NCBI RefSeq assembly: GCF_006345805.1
Contig: NC_043020.1
Location: 24,118,001-24,182,000, forward strand
Direction of reading: 5' to 3'
Source of the DNA: Octopus sinensis
Lineage: Eukaryota
Length of the DNA: 64,000 nt
Position numbers and translations under genes: made by a program. Below the pieces are notes generated by a model. It was not told the origin of the DNA. It ran no database searches and worked only from the letters and a program-made list of their open reading frames with translations. Of the stretch, positions 12,872 through 26,774 are shown piece by piece; the stretch's first letter is position 1; each line of letters opens with the position of its first letter.

Positions 12872-13365
12872 GTGTGTGTGGTGTGTGTGGTGTGTGTGTG
12901 TGTGGTATGTGTGTGTGTGTGGGTGTAAAGGAGAGATAAGATACCAGTCAAAGGAGAGACGTACACATGAAAGAATATGGAAGGTGCTGAGTTTTGTTAA
13001 GATTTGTCTTGAATAGGAGTGATTGTGTGTGTGTGTGTGTGTATGTGTGTGTGTGTGTACCTGCCTGTGCACGTGTATTCAATAGATCGATTTCGATATG
13101 CAGAGTTTAGATGCACACGTGCACACACACACACTTATCGTAATAAAATTGGTTCAACAATGCCAACGATATAGGGACAATTTCGGTTGTGCAAATTGTA
13201 TATACATACATACATACATACATACATACATACATACATAGACACACATATACATAGCGAGAGAGCGTCACAGATACACGCACACACACAAACAAAATAT
13301 ATCATCGGCAGAAGCATGCAGGCTATGAAGGGACAATTTCATAGTGCAGATTATATATATATATT

Positions 13366-13420
<55 letters not shown>

Positions 13421-13719
13421 ACGTGTGTGTATGTATGTGTGTATATATATGGGTATATATACTCATACGTGCATATATATTTATATATACATACATGCGT
13501 ATGTTTGTATATATAAATACATGTTTGTATACAATCGTCTCTAGTTCTCTCTCTCTATATATATGTATATATGTATATATACCTATATATATATGTATGT
13601 GTGTATATATTATGTTTGTATGTATGTATGTATATATATATATGTTTGTATGTATGTATGTATATATATATATATATATTATATATATATATATGTGTGT
13701 ATGTATATATATATGTATG

Positions 13720-13750
<31 letters not shown>

Positions 13751-13763
13751 TTTATGTATATAT

Positions 13764-13807
<44 letters not shown>

Positions 13808-14234
13808 GTATGTATATAGTGTTATTAAATGATTATCTCGTATATAAACGGCGTTAAGCCATCTACGTCCATCATTACACAAGCAGACCAATCAAAATGA
13901 AACGCGACCCTGTCCCATCTCCCGCCAGACACACAACTCAGTCCAGCACAAACGAAACAAGACACTCCCACACAGCGCTGCTACTCATCGCCTTACGAAA
14001 TTCCAAGACACTGCAGAGCAATTCACTTAATTCTAGCCGAATCTCTGTTATTAAAGTGAAGAATCGCTAGTAATTTGCCGTGTTAATGCCTTGTAGTAAA
14101 GCAGCATTGGTGCCGTATCTGATTTCTTCTCTTTAAAAATCTTTCTTCGTGTCGTTCAAGTATTTACTACAGCGACTAAACTATCTGAATTATTACCGCA
14201 GCACGTTTGCCTACACAGAACATATGTAGGTGTT

Positions 14235-14490
<256 letters not shown>

Positions 14491-15059
14491 TCTGTTTGTC
14501 TATGCATGCGTGGATTAAATTAATATATGTATATAAATATACACATGCATATATGTGTATGTATTTGTATACATCTGTGTATCTAAAGTGTAGTGTGTGT
14601 ATATACATATATAAATGATTGCATGTATCACATATATATATGTGTGTGTGTGTATAATTCTAGCACACACTCATACATACACGCACACAATTATACATAC
14701 ATGTATACACACATACGCACATGCACGTACACACGCACACATACACGAAGTAAAGCACAGTTATTCCCCCCACACACAATACATATACATACACGCACAC
14801 ACACATACTTCAAACTACCAGTACCTGACATTGACCATTCTCCCACGTACATGGGTAGGTAGACACAAGAGCCACTCCTACTTCAGTCTTCCTTGACCTT
14901 AAACGATACTAAGTCCAACCACACGCATAGATTAACAGCCACAACCACACACACGTGCTATAATTACACACACACAGACTTGCACGCACACACATATCCA
15001 CACTTACACACACATACCTCCTCTTGCACTCTCCTGTCTTTGAAAGAACTTTTTCTTCA

Positions 15060-15270
15060 CCCATTTCCTTCCGGTCATTCAAAATGTGACCGTAATTTTT
15101 TTCCTCCGTTTTCCCTTCTTTGGATCTTTCCTTTTCCTATGTTTCTGACGAAGAGCTCCGCTCGAAACGTTATACCCGCCTTCTTTCTTGAGCGTCCAAT
15201 AATACTATACTTGTTCCACATCCTCGTGTTGTTGTGTTTTCTCTTTGTGTTTTCATGTTTGGATTAACTT
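15060..15270 (+). mobile_element. Penelope-like terminal repeat fragment carrying a hammerhead motif (15141-15175)
   Basis: GTTT-CTGACGA-A-GAGC-TCC-GCTC-GAAA-CG-TT-ATAC: intact core, 4-bp stem II, ACGT palindrome as stem III, stem I 3/4 paired. Ends in a pyrimidine-rich tail next to a TA tract. Confidence 0.55.
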
Positions 15271-16066
15271 TATACGTATATAGACTTTGGTGTAGGGCTT
15301 ACATTTGGCCAAAATCTTCCAATGGATGTTATAATCGACACCTTTATTTTTTAAAGACCAAATATGATTAGATAATTTTGTCGCTTTTCTTTTGTTCCAG
15401 TGCCTTAAGAAAACAGATAGAACTTGCTTTCTATATTATGTCCCAAAAAGATTTTTATCTCATTATACCTTTTATTATTTCATATATTTTTATATTTTCA
15501 CACATAATAATTTTTTCTGTACTCTTCTATCCTGCATTTTTCCTGTGCCTATATAGACGTGTATATAGATTCATTTGTACACGTGTGTGAATATGTATAT
15601 GTATATTCATTTTTTGTATATGCGTGTGTGTGTATGCGTATATAAACATGTGCGGGTATGTACATATATAGGCATGTGTGTGTATGAGTGCATAAGGGCA
15701 TGTCCGTATATGAACGTGGTTTTTATGCTTTGTATACTTCATTATGTTTTTTTCTGTTACCTTTAACCATGGTTTTTCTTGTGCTTGTGCGTATATAGAC
15801 GTATGTATGAACTTTTACGGTACGCGTGTGTGTGTGTATGAGTTTGTATATATATGTGTATATATTTGGCGAAAAATACGAGTGAAGATGTGTACGTTTT
15901 CATAGTGACGTATAAGTACGCACGTAGGCCTGCGAGCGCACATGTGAGCGTATGACTAGCCATGTTTACGTGTTTACTATGAACTTTTAATCTTATTTTA
16001 TATAAGTAGCAGAATTATAACATAGTAATTTCCCTTTATATAACGGCATTTTTTCATAGCGTTTTT

Positions 16067-16226
16067 CAGATAACCGAAGAGATGGTGTTGTGGATTTCCA
16101 CTTCGGCATCTGAAGTTTTATCTTGACTATTGAGTAATTATAACATATTATTTTATAGATAAATTTCCTCTATTTACTTATATTGAGGTATCTTTCTTTC
16201 TTTTGTTATCTTACCGTTTTTACCAA
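16067..16226 (+). mobile_element. Dispersed repeat (second copy at 54811-54997, minus) with a hammerhead-like motif; probable Penelope-like terminus
   Basis: cagataaccgaagagatggtgttgtggatttccacttcggcatctgaa...ttttatcttgact...gttatcttaccgtttt matches the reverse complement of 54811-54973. This copy lacks 7 nt (actcaga). Both copies abut (TA)n. Confidence 0.7.
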
Positions 16227-16232
16227 TATATA

Positions 16233-16274
<42 letters not shown>

Positions 16275-19200
16275 GGACGTGGTTTAAGTCCTATTAGGAA
16301 GTGGGGGTGGCGGCAATGAAAGGCGTATCAACATGATTGTTCAGGTGTTATAGTTGTTGTTATTGTTGTGCCTTCGGTCTGACTCGATACAGTGCTGCAG
16401 CTACAAACATTTCATCTTTTTCTTAGTCTCTAGGGAAATATATATTGCACCAAATGTGTCCAACGAATCTTTCTATGACGGCGCTATGTGATTCGAGGGG
16501 ATTTGGTTGTTGTTTCTAGCAAGCTGAACGACCACGTAGAGGCCACTGTTGTCTGTGGCAATTGTCATAGTAATTTGTCTTTCTTATTCATTATTCTGGT
16601 GGGAGATGCAACCTTCAGTTATTTCAGCCTCAGTGAATGACCGATTGTTAAAACGGTTTGAAGGCAGGAAAATAGAAACCCTTCACTATTTAATGATGAT
16701 CCTCTTCGGATAAATTTAGGAACCAAGAAATATTTAGCGAAAGCAAGTCCTGATGAAGCACGTTTATAATCAAAGGCGATCCATCCATGATCACCTTATC
16801 GATTTTACTGCGACGCAATTTCTTTAGAAATAAATTGATTATAACAGTATTCATCTGTTCCAGTAAGGCGTCTAAATTAAGGGCTTCTTTTACAGGGGGG
16901 AGTCACTCACTGGGTATCCCTAACGGTGGTAGAGGGCATTGTTAAGGACCACAGTGACGCCCCAAATACCTTGTATTTACTTCGTGTCCTTTACTGTTCA
17001 GGATCCACCAAGCTTAACTTTGCATCCATCTTACTGTTAATTCAGTGAGGCTGATGTAACTGGATGTTTTATCTTGCATCAAAATACCTGGCACTGTTTG
17101 ATTATACAGTACAATGCAGCCGGCCGCCACTCTCTCGCGAGTGACGGCTGCTACCGCATTTTATGCTTTCGTAATCATTATGGGGGTGTAGGTAGAGACG
17201 AAGCGACATAAAATCCCCTTTCGACCCTTTTAAACTTCACTGAACTGCACACCCAAGGTTGACGGCTGCTGGGAAAGAACGAAGAGAGAGAGAGAGAGAG
17301 GGGGCGAAGAGGAGGGGAAACTGCACCGACTGATACTCGTTTACAGACGAGTAAATTGAAACTATCTAAGATGGAGTGTTTTCTCAAGGACACATCACAC
17401 TCTCCGATCCAGAAACCGAATATTCGGTCATGAGTTGAATGCTCGAATCATAATACTAGGACACTTTGTCTCTAAGAAATAGGAATTCATTGACTGCTGT
17501 GATAATGCTCTTAGCAATCGGTTCTGGTGTGTGTGTGGTTGGGGAGAGGTGGGGCAGTAATAATCTTCTCACTGGTAGTAGACGTGGTGGTAGTGGTGGT
17601 CGTAATACATTGCAATGCAGAATCAATACAATGTTGAGTTAAAGCCATGTTTACAGCGGCAGTTAATATTAGTTATGATGACATTTAATACTGTGGTTTA
17701 TAAAAAGATTGATCACTGGGGATTAGTATAAAGTCACCATCTTGGGTTAAAATCTTAAGTTATTACTGTAGCCATTAAACCCAGCAGTAGCAGAATCAGC
17801 AGTCGTATAGTAGTAGTCGTTGGTTCGTTGTTGTTGCTCATGCTAGTTAAAACCGTGGTTATAATGTGTTAAATGCTAATAACAAATATTAATACTAACA
17901 GAAGTTATGGGAGCCGTGTTTTTCGTGTTACTCGTGGCCCTATAGTTAAAATGTTCGCTTTGCACTCATGAAGTTCTGGTTTCGGTTCCGCGTGTAGATT
18001 CTTGGGAAAATTGATTAAAAAAAATATTACTATTGCATGAGATTAACCTAATCACCATATGCGAAATCAGTCCTGACTGGAAATTGTGTCGAAGCCTGCC
18101 ACTCTGGTTATGCTTGAAATATGAAAGGCTTAGTTCTGTCGAACCCTGTCATACGCTACTCTTCATGAGAAATGAGTCAAGGCTACAGGAGTACTTAACC
18201 ATTCACATGCTAACTAAACGTGTACATTGCTTTTATGATTGAACAGTTAGAACACTCCTCATCAAAACCGATGGAGATCCATATATTTACTTAGTCCTTA
18301 TTGTTGTTCTTGTTCCAGTTACCTCAGTGGTCAGCACCAATCACGCTTATTTTTAATCGAAGATATTCTAGTGAGGATTATCACTAGAGCCACAGTCTAT
18401 CTAGGACAATATTAATCAGAGGTCTTCATGGCAATAACACTGCGCTTATCGTAGTTAATGCAGTGGTTATAATGGTATCAATCCAACGTTTATGATTGGA
18501 AGTTGGTGTTTAACCCAGGGACTGTTCTTAAGGGGCAGACATAAGACCAAAGGCGTTGAAACCGTCACCCCGCTACAGTTGTTTTTCAGACTGTGTATCG
18601 AATGTAGTTTCACATACAAATGTGACCTTCTTTTGAGACAGTCACATGTGATTGGAAGAAGACTTGTCTGTTATTTTCTAGCAAATCACGCTGCCACTTG
18701 TTGGGTCGATTGAAATAACTGCCTTGTTGGGTCAATTGAAATAACATGAAAGACTGCCTCGATATATGGCTTCAAACTTTGAGCCAAGGCCAGAGTCAAG
18801 GTACCTCGTCCCCAGTGCTTGGCTGGTGCTTAATTTATCGACTCCGAAACGAGGAAAAGCAAATCGACCTCATTAGAATTTGAACTCAGAACGCAAAAAC
18901 GCACGAAATGTCGCTAAGCATTTGGCATGGCGTATTAACGATTCTGTCACCTTACCGTCTTAGATTTGTCTATATATTGGCATTTAAAAAACTCTAATGA
19001 CAACAGGATTCTCACTAAAACTCTAAACGCTGCTGAAAACAATGATTTGGTAGAAACATAACAGCATCCTGCTAGAAAGCCTCGTGTTGTATCCTTTACG
19101 ACGATTCTAAGTTCAAATCCCACCTGTTCCAATTTGGCCCCTTCATCCTTTCACACAAGACAAGTAACCATTAAAATGCTAGAATCGTTTCTTCTCTTTC

Positions 19201-19563
19201 ATTCTAGATTGTGTCTATAAATCAAAGATTCCATCTGAAAATTACATGAAGTATATATATGTGGAATACTCGGCTACTTTCGTGTGTGTCTTCCTGGTTA
19301 AAGTGGCAGCTTATTATGCCTCGATTAGTAGCAACTTTCTGAAGGGTCTTGTTCCCATTTTTCCGTATATTTTAGTCGTTCACTATTGGACTGTGGCCAT
19401 CTACAGCACTATCTCGAAAGGTTTAGTAGAACAAGTCGACCTCAATACTTAACCGTACTTTTCTAAAGTGTAGCACTTATTCTGTCGGCGTATCTCACTG
19501 ATCTGCTAAGTTACTAGAGCGTAGACAAACAAACACCTCTTGTTAAGTGGTGCAGGACACACA

Positions 19564-19594
<31 letters not shown>

Positions 19595-21737
19595 TGATAT
19601 GTGTGTGTTTTGGACTTCCACACAGTCTGTGTCTACCAGATTCACTCACAAGGAATGGGCCTACCCGGGACCATAGTAGAAAATACTTGCTTAACGTGTC
19701 GCGCAGTTGGACAGAATCGAAAACCGCGTCGCTGTAAAGCAATCCTCATAACACCACAGCTATTCATCCTTCACAATTGTCTTGCCCGTATTTTATTGTC
19801 TCGGATACTGAGCTAGTTCTCCAAGGCACCTACATTATCCATAGGTTGATCCAGGCGGCGGGAAGGTGCATATTCTGTCGCTCCAATAAGGTATTTTCTC
19901 TGCCGGATTTGCCGATTACATCTCAACGGTTCAAAAATGTTCTTTCCTTTGTACGCGTTCAATTGTTCAGACAACTGGAGGCTCATCATCTAGATCAACG
20001 GAAATGCGATAGTGCGATCTTATATACTTTAGCTCTCATCATTTCAATAAGATGTTTCGCGATGAGAACTCATACAACCGAAACTTCTTCAGAGTTACCT
20101 CCTCCTCATCAGAGATCAACTTCACTCTGCATAGTCTCTCTGCACATTCTATTTTTTATCAATTCAAACTTAAATTTGCAGGTTGTTATTATTTGGTGTT
20201 TTTACCAGATTTTGTCACCCTTTATTCTGTGGTGAACTTTAATAGGTTAGCATCTATTTGGATCCCTAATCAACAACATAGATGTTATGTTTTTTTTTTA
20301 TGCTGGACTTCTCGTTATTTAACCCCAGGTTAACATTTATTGAGAAAGTACATTATCACAAGCATTCCAGTCTTGATCTTCCCATTTTATTTAATTATAT
20401 TTAGGGCTGAGGGCCCCTGGCCTAGTGGTTAGGTACGGCAGTTATGATCGCTAGATCGTAGGTTCAGTTCCCAGACTGGGTGACGCGGTGTGTCCTTGGG
20501 CTAAACATGTCATTTCCCTTTGTTCCAGTTCACTCAGCTGTAAACGGGTGCACTCTGCGACTGACTAGACTTCCGATCAAGAAGGAATGTTGGCCTACTC
20601 GCCTAACCAGTGGGATGGCACCATTGGAAGGTCTAAGAAAATACGAAATGCATTGTGCCCAACGCGGTATAACAACATCCGATAATCTTGTCAACATCGT
20701 GATATTTAGAACAAAGTTCTTACGTTTTTAAATTAAGAGATTTGGTGGTGTGAGTTGAGAAAGATTTAGCTGCTACTTCTAGCATTTAGAGCGACTATTG
20801 AACGCATCGTAGATTGGCGGTCTAGTTACAAACATATTAACACACATAAAACGTATTAACAGCTGTTACTGTTCCCATTTAATGCATTTTTATATGTGTT
20901 TATAACGACAGTTAAACAGGGATGCCATAATGGCTCTCAATAAACTGTTTTCTTTATATCCCAAACATTTATGTCACTTTAATAGCTTTTCTTAATTTGT
21001 GAAATTAATTAGATGACCACCATGATGATTGTGATAGTGGTGATGACGATGATGATGATGAAAGCAATTCCTTGTTGCATTATTAATTCTTAATTTAGTA
21101 TTTTCGTTCGGAGTTTAAAATACAACAGAGGTCTCCTTTCACATGGCTTCGCTGTCAGGATCGATATCATAAAGTTAATGATGATGATGATGTAATCGAT
21201 AATAGAAAAGATAGAAGTTGATGTAATACATTGTAGGTTCTCAATACCAAATTTTCGGTGTTTTGTGTTTATGTTGTAGTTGTACGTTTTACTATTATAT
21301 TATTATGGGGTGGTGGGGTGGTGGGGCGGCGTTATGTTGTTTTTTTCATGAGACCGTTGACTCTTGACGGAGTCTTACGTCTGCCGTTGTGAGATGCTAC
21401 GTGCGTTGGGGGTATTAACGGGACAAATCCAATTCAAGGTCTAAATACGACCGATGACTTAGAGAGAGAGAGAGGTGGGTTAAAGGGATAGAGAGACACA
21501 CATACACATAGGCACAGAAAAAGTGGGTGGAGAATCATTATCCGGCTGTTACTTTATTTATCGATTTCCCCCAAATGGAATGCAATGCTGACCTCAACGA
21601 GATTCGAAACCCCGAACGAATATCGAAAGCATTCTATCTGACATTCTAACGACTCGGCTTATCAGCCCTTTACTATAGTCTCACATACACACACGCACAC
21701 ACACACGCAAACACACACACGCGCGCGCGCGCATATA

Positions 21738-22552
21738 CAGGATGCGATGGGTAAATTTTCGTAATTTTATATTTTCCATTTCATGCATGCGCATTCTTTG
21801 GTTTTGATTTTGTCGACTACACAGTATAGTAGAATCCATTGAGCACCGTCTGATAGAAAAACACCAATGAGGTGCGATTCACTCTGCCAGAAATTTGGAA
21901 ACGACATGCTGTAGTGTTTGAGATTCGCGCCGGAAACACCAGTGCCAACATTTCAGTGTGTTGGTCATCAATCTGAGGACCAGCAGTCAACATCTTGATG
22001 TTTGGAATGATCACTAGTGATGGCGACGTTGTGCCTCCATTCATCTTACAAGACAGCCTCAGACACACCACAAAGGCTTACATCAAGTGCCTGGAGGAGG
22101 TGGTGTTGTCCTGGGTGATGAGGGTGGCTGCTGCAAGACCCTGGGTCTGGCAACAGGATGCTGCGCCTTGCCACACAAGCAAGAGAACCGAGTCATGGCT
22201 GTCAGACAATCTCTGCCACCACATCACCCCTAACATCTGGCCACCCGACTCCCCACACTGCAACCCGCTTCATTAATACATGTGAGGCGCATTTGTGCGA
22301 GAGACCAACAAAACTTCTCGTAACACCAAAGATCAACTGAAGGCAAGGATTATGGCAACCTCCACCAACTTAAACAAGGAGACCGTCCAGAAGAGTTGCA
22401 AAAGCTTTCCAAGTCTGGAGATCTTATTTAAAGCGAATGGCCATTTTATTGAATAAATTGACTCTCTAATATTTCAAGATCGGTTAAAATGAGATGTCAG
22501 TATTATTTTCATTTTTGTGTAATTTATACAATAATATACTCACTGCACCCTG
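21738..22552 (+). mobile_element. maT (DD37D) Tc1/mariner-superfamily internal-deletion derivative
   Basis: Degenerate TIRs (caggatgcgatgggtaaatt versus revcomp cagggtgcagtgagtatatt, 15/20). Catalytic region WVWQQDAAPCHT..WPPDSPHCNPLH has 37 residues between the second D and the third-D position (GAT to CAT). Contains stops. Confidence 0.85.
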
Positions 22553-22572
22553 TGTGTGTGTGTGTGTGTGTG

Positions 22573-22603
<31 letters not shown>

Positions 22604-22606
22604 TAT

Positions 22607-22808
22607 TAAGGCGGCGCGTAGGCAGAATTGATAGCTTGCCCGACGAAATGTGTAGCAGCATTTCTTCCGTCTTTACGTTCTGAGTACAAAATCCGCTGAG
22701 AACAACTTTGCTTTTCATACTTTTGGGGTAGATTAAATAAGTACCAGTTACGCACTGGAATCGATGTTATCGACTAGCTCTCTCCCACCACCACCACCAA
22801 ATTCCAGG

Positions 22809-22812
<4 letters not shown>
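22607..22812 (+). mobile_element. SINE family A copy
   Basis: Head taaggcggcgcgtaggcagaattgatagc, B-box-like gagtacaaatcc, core and (TTA)n tail. Confidence 0.7.
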
Positions 22813-22839
<27 letters not shown>

Positions 22840-22949
22840 CTCCCCCTGCCTGTAGAACATAGTAACCGAAAACAGAGGTGTTGTTTGCACACAAAAGAAC
22901 TTCAGAAAATATATAAATGTTATATTATCACTACATATCTATCTATATA

Positions 22950-23198
22950 CGAGGGTGAATCAAGAAGTGATGCCATTTTGTTTAGGACAGGTATAATTAC
23001 CAACACAGGAACATGTATCATACATCAAAAGGAAGCTGGTCCTCTGTGGATCACATCTCTACTTCTCAACATAGTCATCGTTTCTCTCAATAGCAACGTT
23101 CCACCTTCGAATGAGAGCATGTATCCCTGCCCCGTAAAATTCTGTTGGCTATTCTTTGAGCCACTTCTTCACTACAGTTTTCACTTCCGCGTCACTGG
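22950..23198 (-). mobile_element. mariner transposon 3' fragment (C-terminal pseudogene plus TIR)
   Basis: Minus: SDAEVKTVVKKWLKE*PTEFYGAGIHALIRRWNVAIERNDDYVEK* (23196 to 23059), typical mariner C-terminus. TA|CGAGGG TIR at 22950. Confidence 0.85.
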
Positions 23199-24129
23199 AT
23201 TATCATCTCTTCGGCCCCATGAAAGAGGATTTGAGAGACAAACATTATTCCAGTAAGCCTGGTATTTACTGTATGGGATCTCTTTTGTCGAATTGCTAAG
23301 TTATGAGGATGTAAACACACCGACATCAGTTGCAAAGCGGTGGTCACACACATACAGACGATGGGCTTCTTTCAGTTTCCGTCTACCAAATCCGCTCACA
23401 CCGCTTTGGTCGACATGTGCTCGTAATAGAAGACACACTGCCAAGGTGCCACGAAGTGAAACTGGACCTGGGACCATGTTATTGGGAATTAAACTTCTTA
23501 CCCCGCAGCCATTTCTCCTACGTATTTTATATAATACATAGTTTGTTTTATAGAATAAGAACATGGTATACAATATCTAATACATTCTCCATCTTTCATA
23601 TCGTGTATGGAATTCTCGGAAAAGTAAAACAGTAAAGAAGAATGCAACTTAGAAGTAAATATAACATCTCTGTTTTCTCTTTTAATCGACTGACATAATT
23701 ATTGAAGCGAGAACGTCGAGCAGTTTTTGATTGAGACATGTTGATAATGTGGAGAGGTTAGAAGTGAAATTAGTTGAGAGGTCATAAGGTCACCTAAGAA
23801 GAAGAATTCATTTTTGGTAATATTTGATTAAAGACAGGAAGGTGGATTATGTAAATATTGCAGCCAATTGGGAATTGGCGAGGTCAATGTTGAGGGTGAA
23901 ATTACAACTTCAATCAATGAAAATGCTTCCAATGGGGTAAGGGTGAAGAACATCTGGTGGTGGTGGTGGTGGTGGTGGTGGTCGTTTGCTGGTGGTTTCA
24001 GGGGATCAATTGAAAGGGGTTCGGTGTTTGCTGTGTCGTCGTCATATAAAACGTAATTTCGGAGCCTTACGTTGGGCCATATGGGCCAGAAAGGGAGATC
24101 CGATATCCTCATGAATTGAGGTCGATTTA

Positions 24130-24212
24130 TGCATTTTAAAAATAATCTCTGGTTAATCGTTGAGAGGACGTTGGTGTTGCCTTGGCGGAAGTTTGCGCTC
24201 TCTGAATGCTCT
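24130..24212 (+). mobile_element. 3' fragment of the same HINE-like family as 11186-11560
   Basis: ttttaaaaataatctctggttaatcgttgagaggacgttggtgttgccttggcggaagtttgcgctctctgaatgct closely matches about 11477-11555. Confidence 0.7.
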
Positions 24213-24342
24213 TATTATTATTATTGAGAGAACAGCGGGTGCCATTAAAGCGACACAGGGGTACAAATAAACGAATCCCAATATTCAAATCTCAAAGAAT
24301 TCCTCTCAATCCTTGGTTATGTTGCTTCCCCATTTATTATCT

Positions 24343-24401
<59 letters not shown>

Positions 24402-24402
<1 letters not shown>

Positions 24403-25400
24403 GCGAGCTGACAAAATCGTTAGCCGTGCGAAATGCTTAGCGGTATTTCGTCTGCCGCTACGTTCTGAATTCAAATTCCGCCGAGGTGGACTTTGCCTTT
24501 CATCCTTTCGGGGTCGATTAAATAAGTACCAGTTACGCACTGGGGTCGATATAATCGACTTAATCCGCTTGTCTGTTCTTGTTTGTCCTCTCTGTGTTTA
24601 GCTCCTTGTGAGTAGTAAAGAAACAGGTATTTCATCCGTCTTTACGTTCTGAGTTCAAATTCCGCCGAGGTCGACTTTGCCTTTCATCATTTCGGAGTCG
24701 ATATAATCGACTTAATCCCTTCCCCCAAATTTGAGGCCTTTTGCTTGCAGTATAAAGGATTATTGTTGTTGTTATTACTGGAATCCCATTTTTTCGGGGT
24801 TGTTGATATAAGTATCAGATAAATATGAGGGTGGATGCAATCGAATTCGTCCTCCGCTTAATATTAATGGCCTTGAACCGAAATTAGAATAATAATTATT
24901 ATCACTAAGGTCGTGAGCTGGCAGAATTACTACAATGCCGGACGAAATACTTTGTGAACATTTGTTCCGGCTTTACAGAATGCTGTTGCGGGTAACTTTG
25001 CCTTTCTTCCTTTCGGGGTCGCAATGTACCATTTCGACTAACCTCTCCTTCCCAAAATTCCAAGTGAGCTTACAGAGTCATTAGCAAAGAGGACAAGATT
25101 CTTTGCAGAACTTTTCCAGTTTTTTACGTTTTACGTGTTCAAATACTGCCGATGTCAACTTTGCTTTTCATTTTTCTGGGGTCGATAAAGTATCAGAACC
25201 TGGGTCGATGTAATTAACTCATCCATTCCATCTGCAATTTTAGGCTTTATGCCTAAACAATCACTTTTATAACAGCGTGCTGGTAGAATTGTTATCGTAT
25301 CGGAAGAAATGCGTAGCTCATTACTAACCGGCTCTTTACGTTCTGAGTTCGAATTCTTACGAGGTCATCTTTAGTATTCTTCCTTTCCAAATCGATAGCT
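24402..25400 (+). mobile_element. SINE family A dimer (24402-24762) followed by diverged units
   Basis: Two successive gagttcaaattccgccgagg cores joined at aaagaaacaggtatttc (24626-33); older copies follow to about 25400. Confidence 0.8.
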
Positions 25401-25994
25401 TTTCACGTACTAATTTGGCACGTGATGCGACTGTTATCGAGATGAAGAGGCTCTTGCAAAAACTTCCTTCTACCTAAAATTTGCGTCAAAATTTGAAAGA
25501 ATTATAATTACATTAGAAAATGCATTGAGTCCACTTTTTTTTATTGACCTTACGCTCTGAATTCAAATCTTACCGATGCCAATATCTTCTCTCTTTCTTC
25601 TGGAGCCGAGAAGTTTTGACTTGATACAAATTTTGTCAGTTTTCAAAAACACGTTTCAGCTTTTTACGTACTGATTTGGCCCGTGATGCGACTGTTATCG
25701 AGATGAAGTGGCTCTTGCATTTTTTCTTAGAGAACATTGGTTTCAAAGAGAAGAGCTATGGGACTCGCATCATGACCGGCTCCTGGTCTTTTATAGCTAC
25801 TTTCCTCAGGCATGCACGCTAGACAGAAATCTTACAAAAACTCGCGCGTCCAACCATGGTACACACGTTATATACACGTATATATATATATATATATATA
25901 TATGTGTATATATATATGTATGTATATATATATATATATATATCTTCATTCAACGGTCGAAGTCCAAGAGGATATTCTTATAATAGTGTAAATA

Positions 25995-26252
25995 TTGGTT
26001 TTAAATTTTGATACAAGGCCAGCAACTTCGAAATTGGTGATAAGTCGATTACATCGACCTCTGTGCTCAACTGGTACTTATTTTATCACCTTCGAAAGGA
26101 TGAGATGCAAAGACCCCCCCCCCCCAGTCGGTGGAATCTGAATTCACAGCAATAAAGATAGACGAAATGCCGCTAAGCATTTTGCCAGAATGCTAATGAT
26201 TCTGCAAATGATTCTGCTAATGATTTTGCTAATGATTCTGCCAGCTCACCGA
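25995..26252 (-). mobile_element. SINE family A copy with a 12-bp tandem amplification in the head
   Basis: Family core present; (tgctaatgattc)x4 at 26191-26240. Confidence 0.75.
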
Positions 26253-26743
26253 CTTATAGTGTATAAATTTGGTTTCTTTTTTAAAAAAATCCTTGGGATA
26301 GGAAATATTAAAGGTATTATCTACTTCGAGTTCAACCGTTAAAATAAAACGAATTATTTTTCGTTCTCCCAAAGATTTTAAATTCTTGTAACAAAGTATA
26401 TACACATACACACACCTCTGTCGATGGCTTTCCATTCTGTTTGTGCCAACTATTTTTCCTCACAAGGCAACCATTCTAGGGTTGCGTTACAGAACACTTG
26501 CTCGGGACACCATGCATTGGGATCGAACCCCCGAAGCAAATGAAACTTTTCACTTGACATTACAATTATTTTTCTGTATTTTTGCAGATATTTTAAAACT
26601 TTTTTTCTTTTACTTTGGCTTTCCTTCTGCCAATAAAAGAAAAATTCTAGAAATCATGAATGTTATATTAAAAAAATTCCTTGTCATCATTATTTTTTTC
26701 TTTACAAATTATCCTCCTCCTCCTCATTATTATTATCATTCTT

Positions 26744-26774
<31 letters not shown>

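Noticed and set aside
13835-13930. TATA-, CCAAT- and GC-box-like words
   Set aside because: Short motifs are expected by chance, and the implied start would fall in a microsatellite.
19777-20235. 152-aa plus ORF and CR1-like words (IERVQRK, VYKI) on the minus strand
   Set aside because: The motifs are in the wrong order with many stops; no coherent domain.
23828-24112. 94-aa minus ORF with a poly-His run
   Set aside because: The His run is a (CCA)n repeat, no domain is recognisable, no convincing acceptor exists, and the start abuts a HINE fragment.
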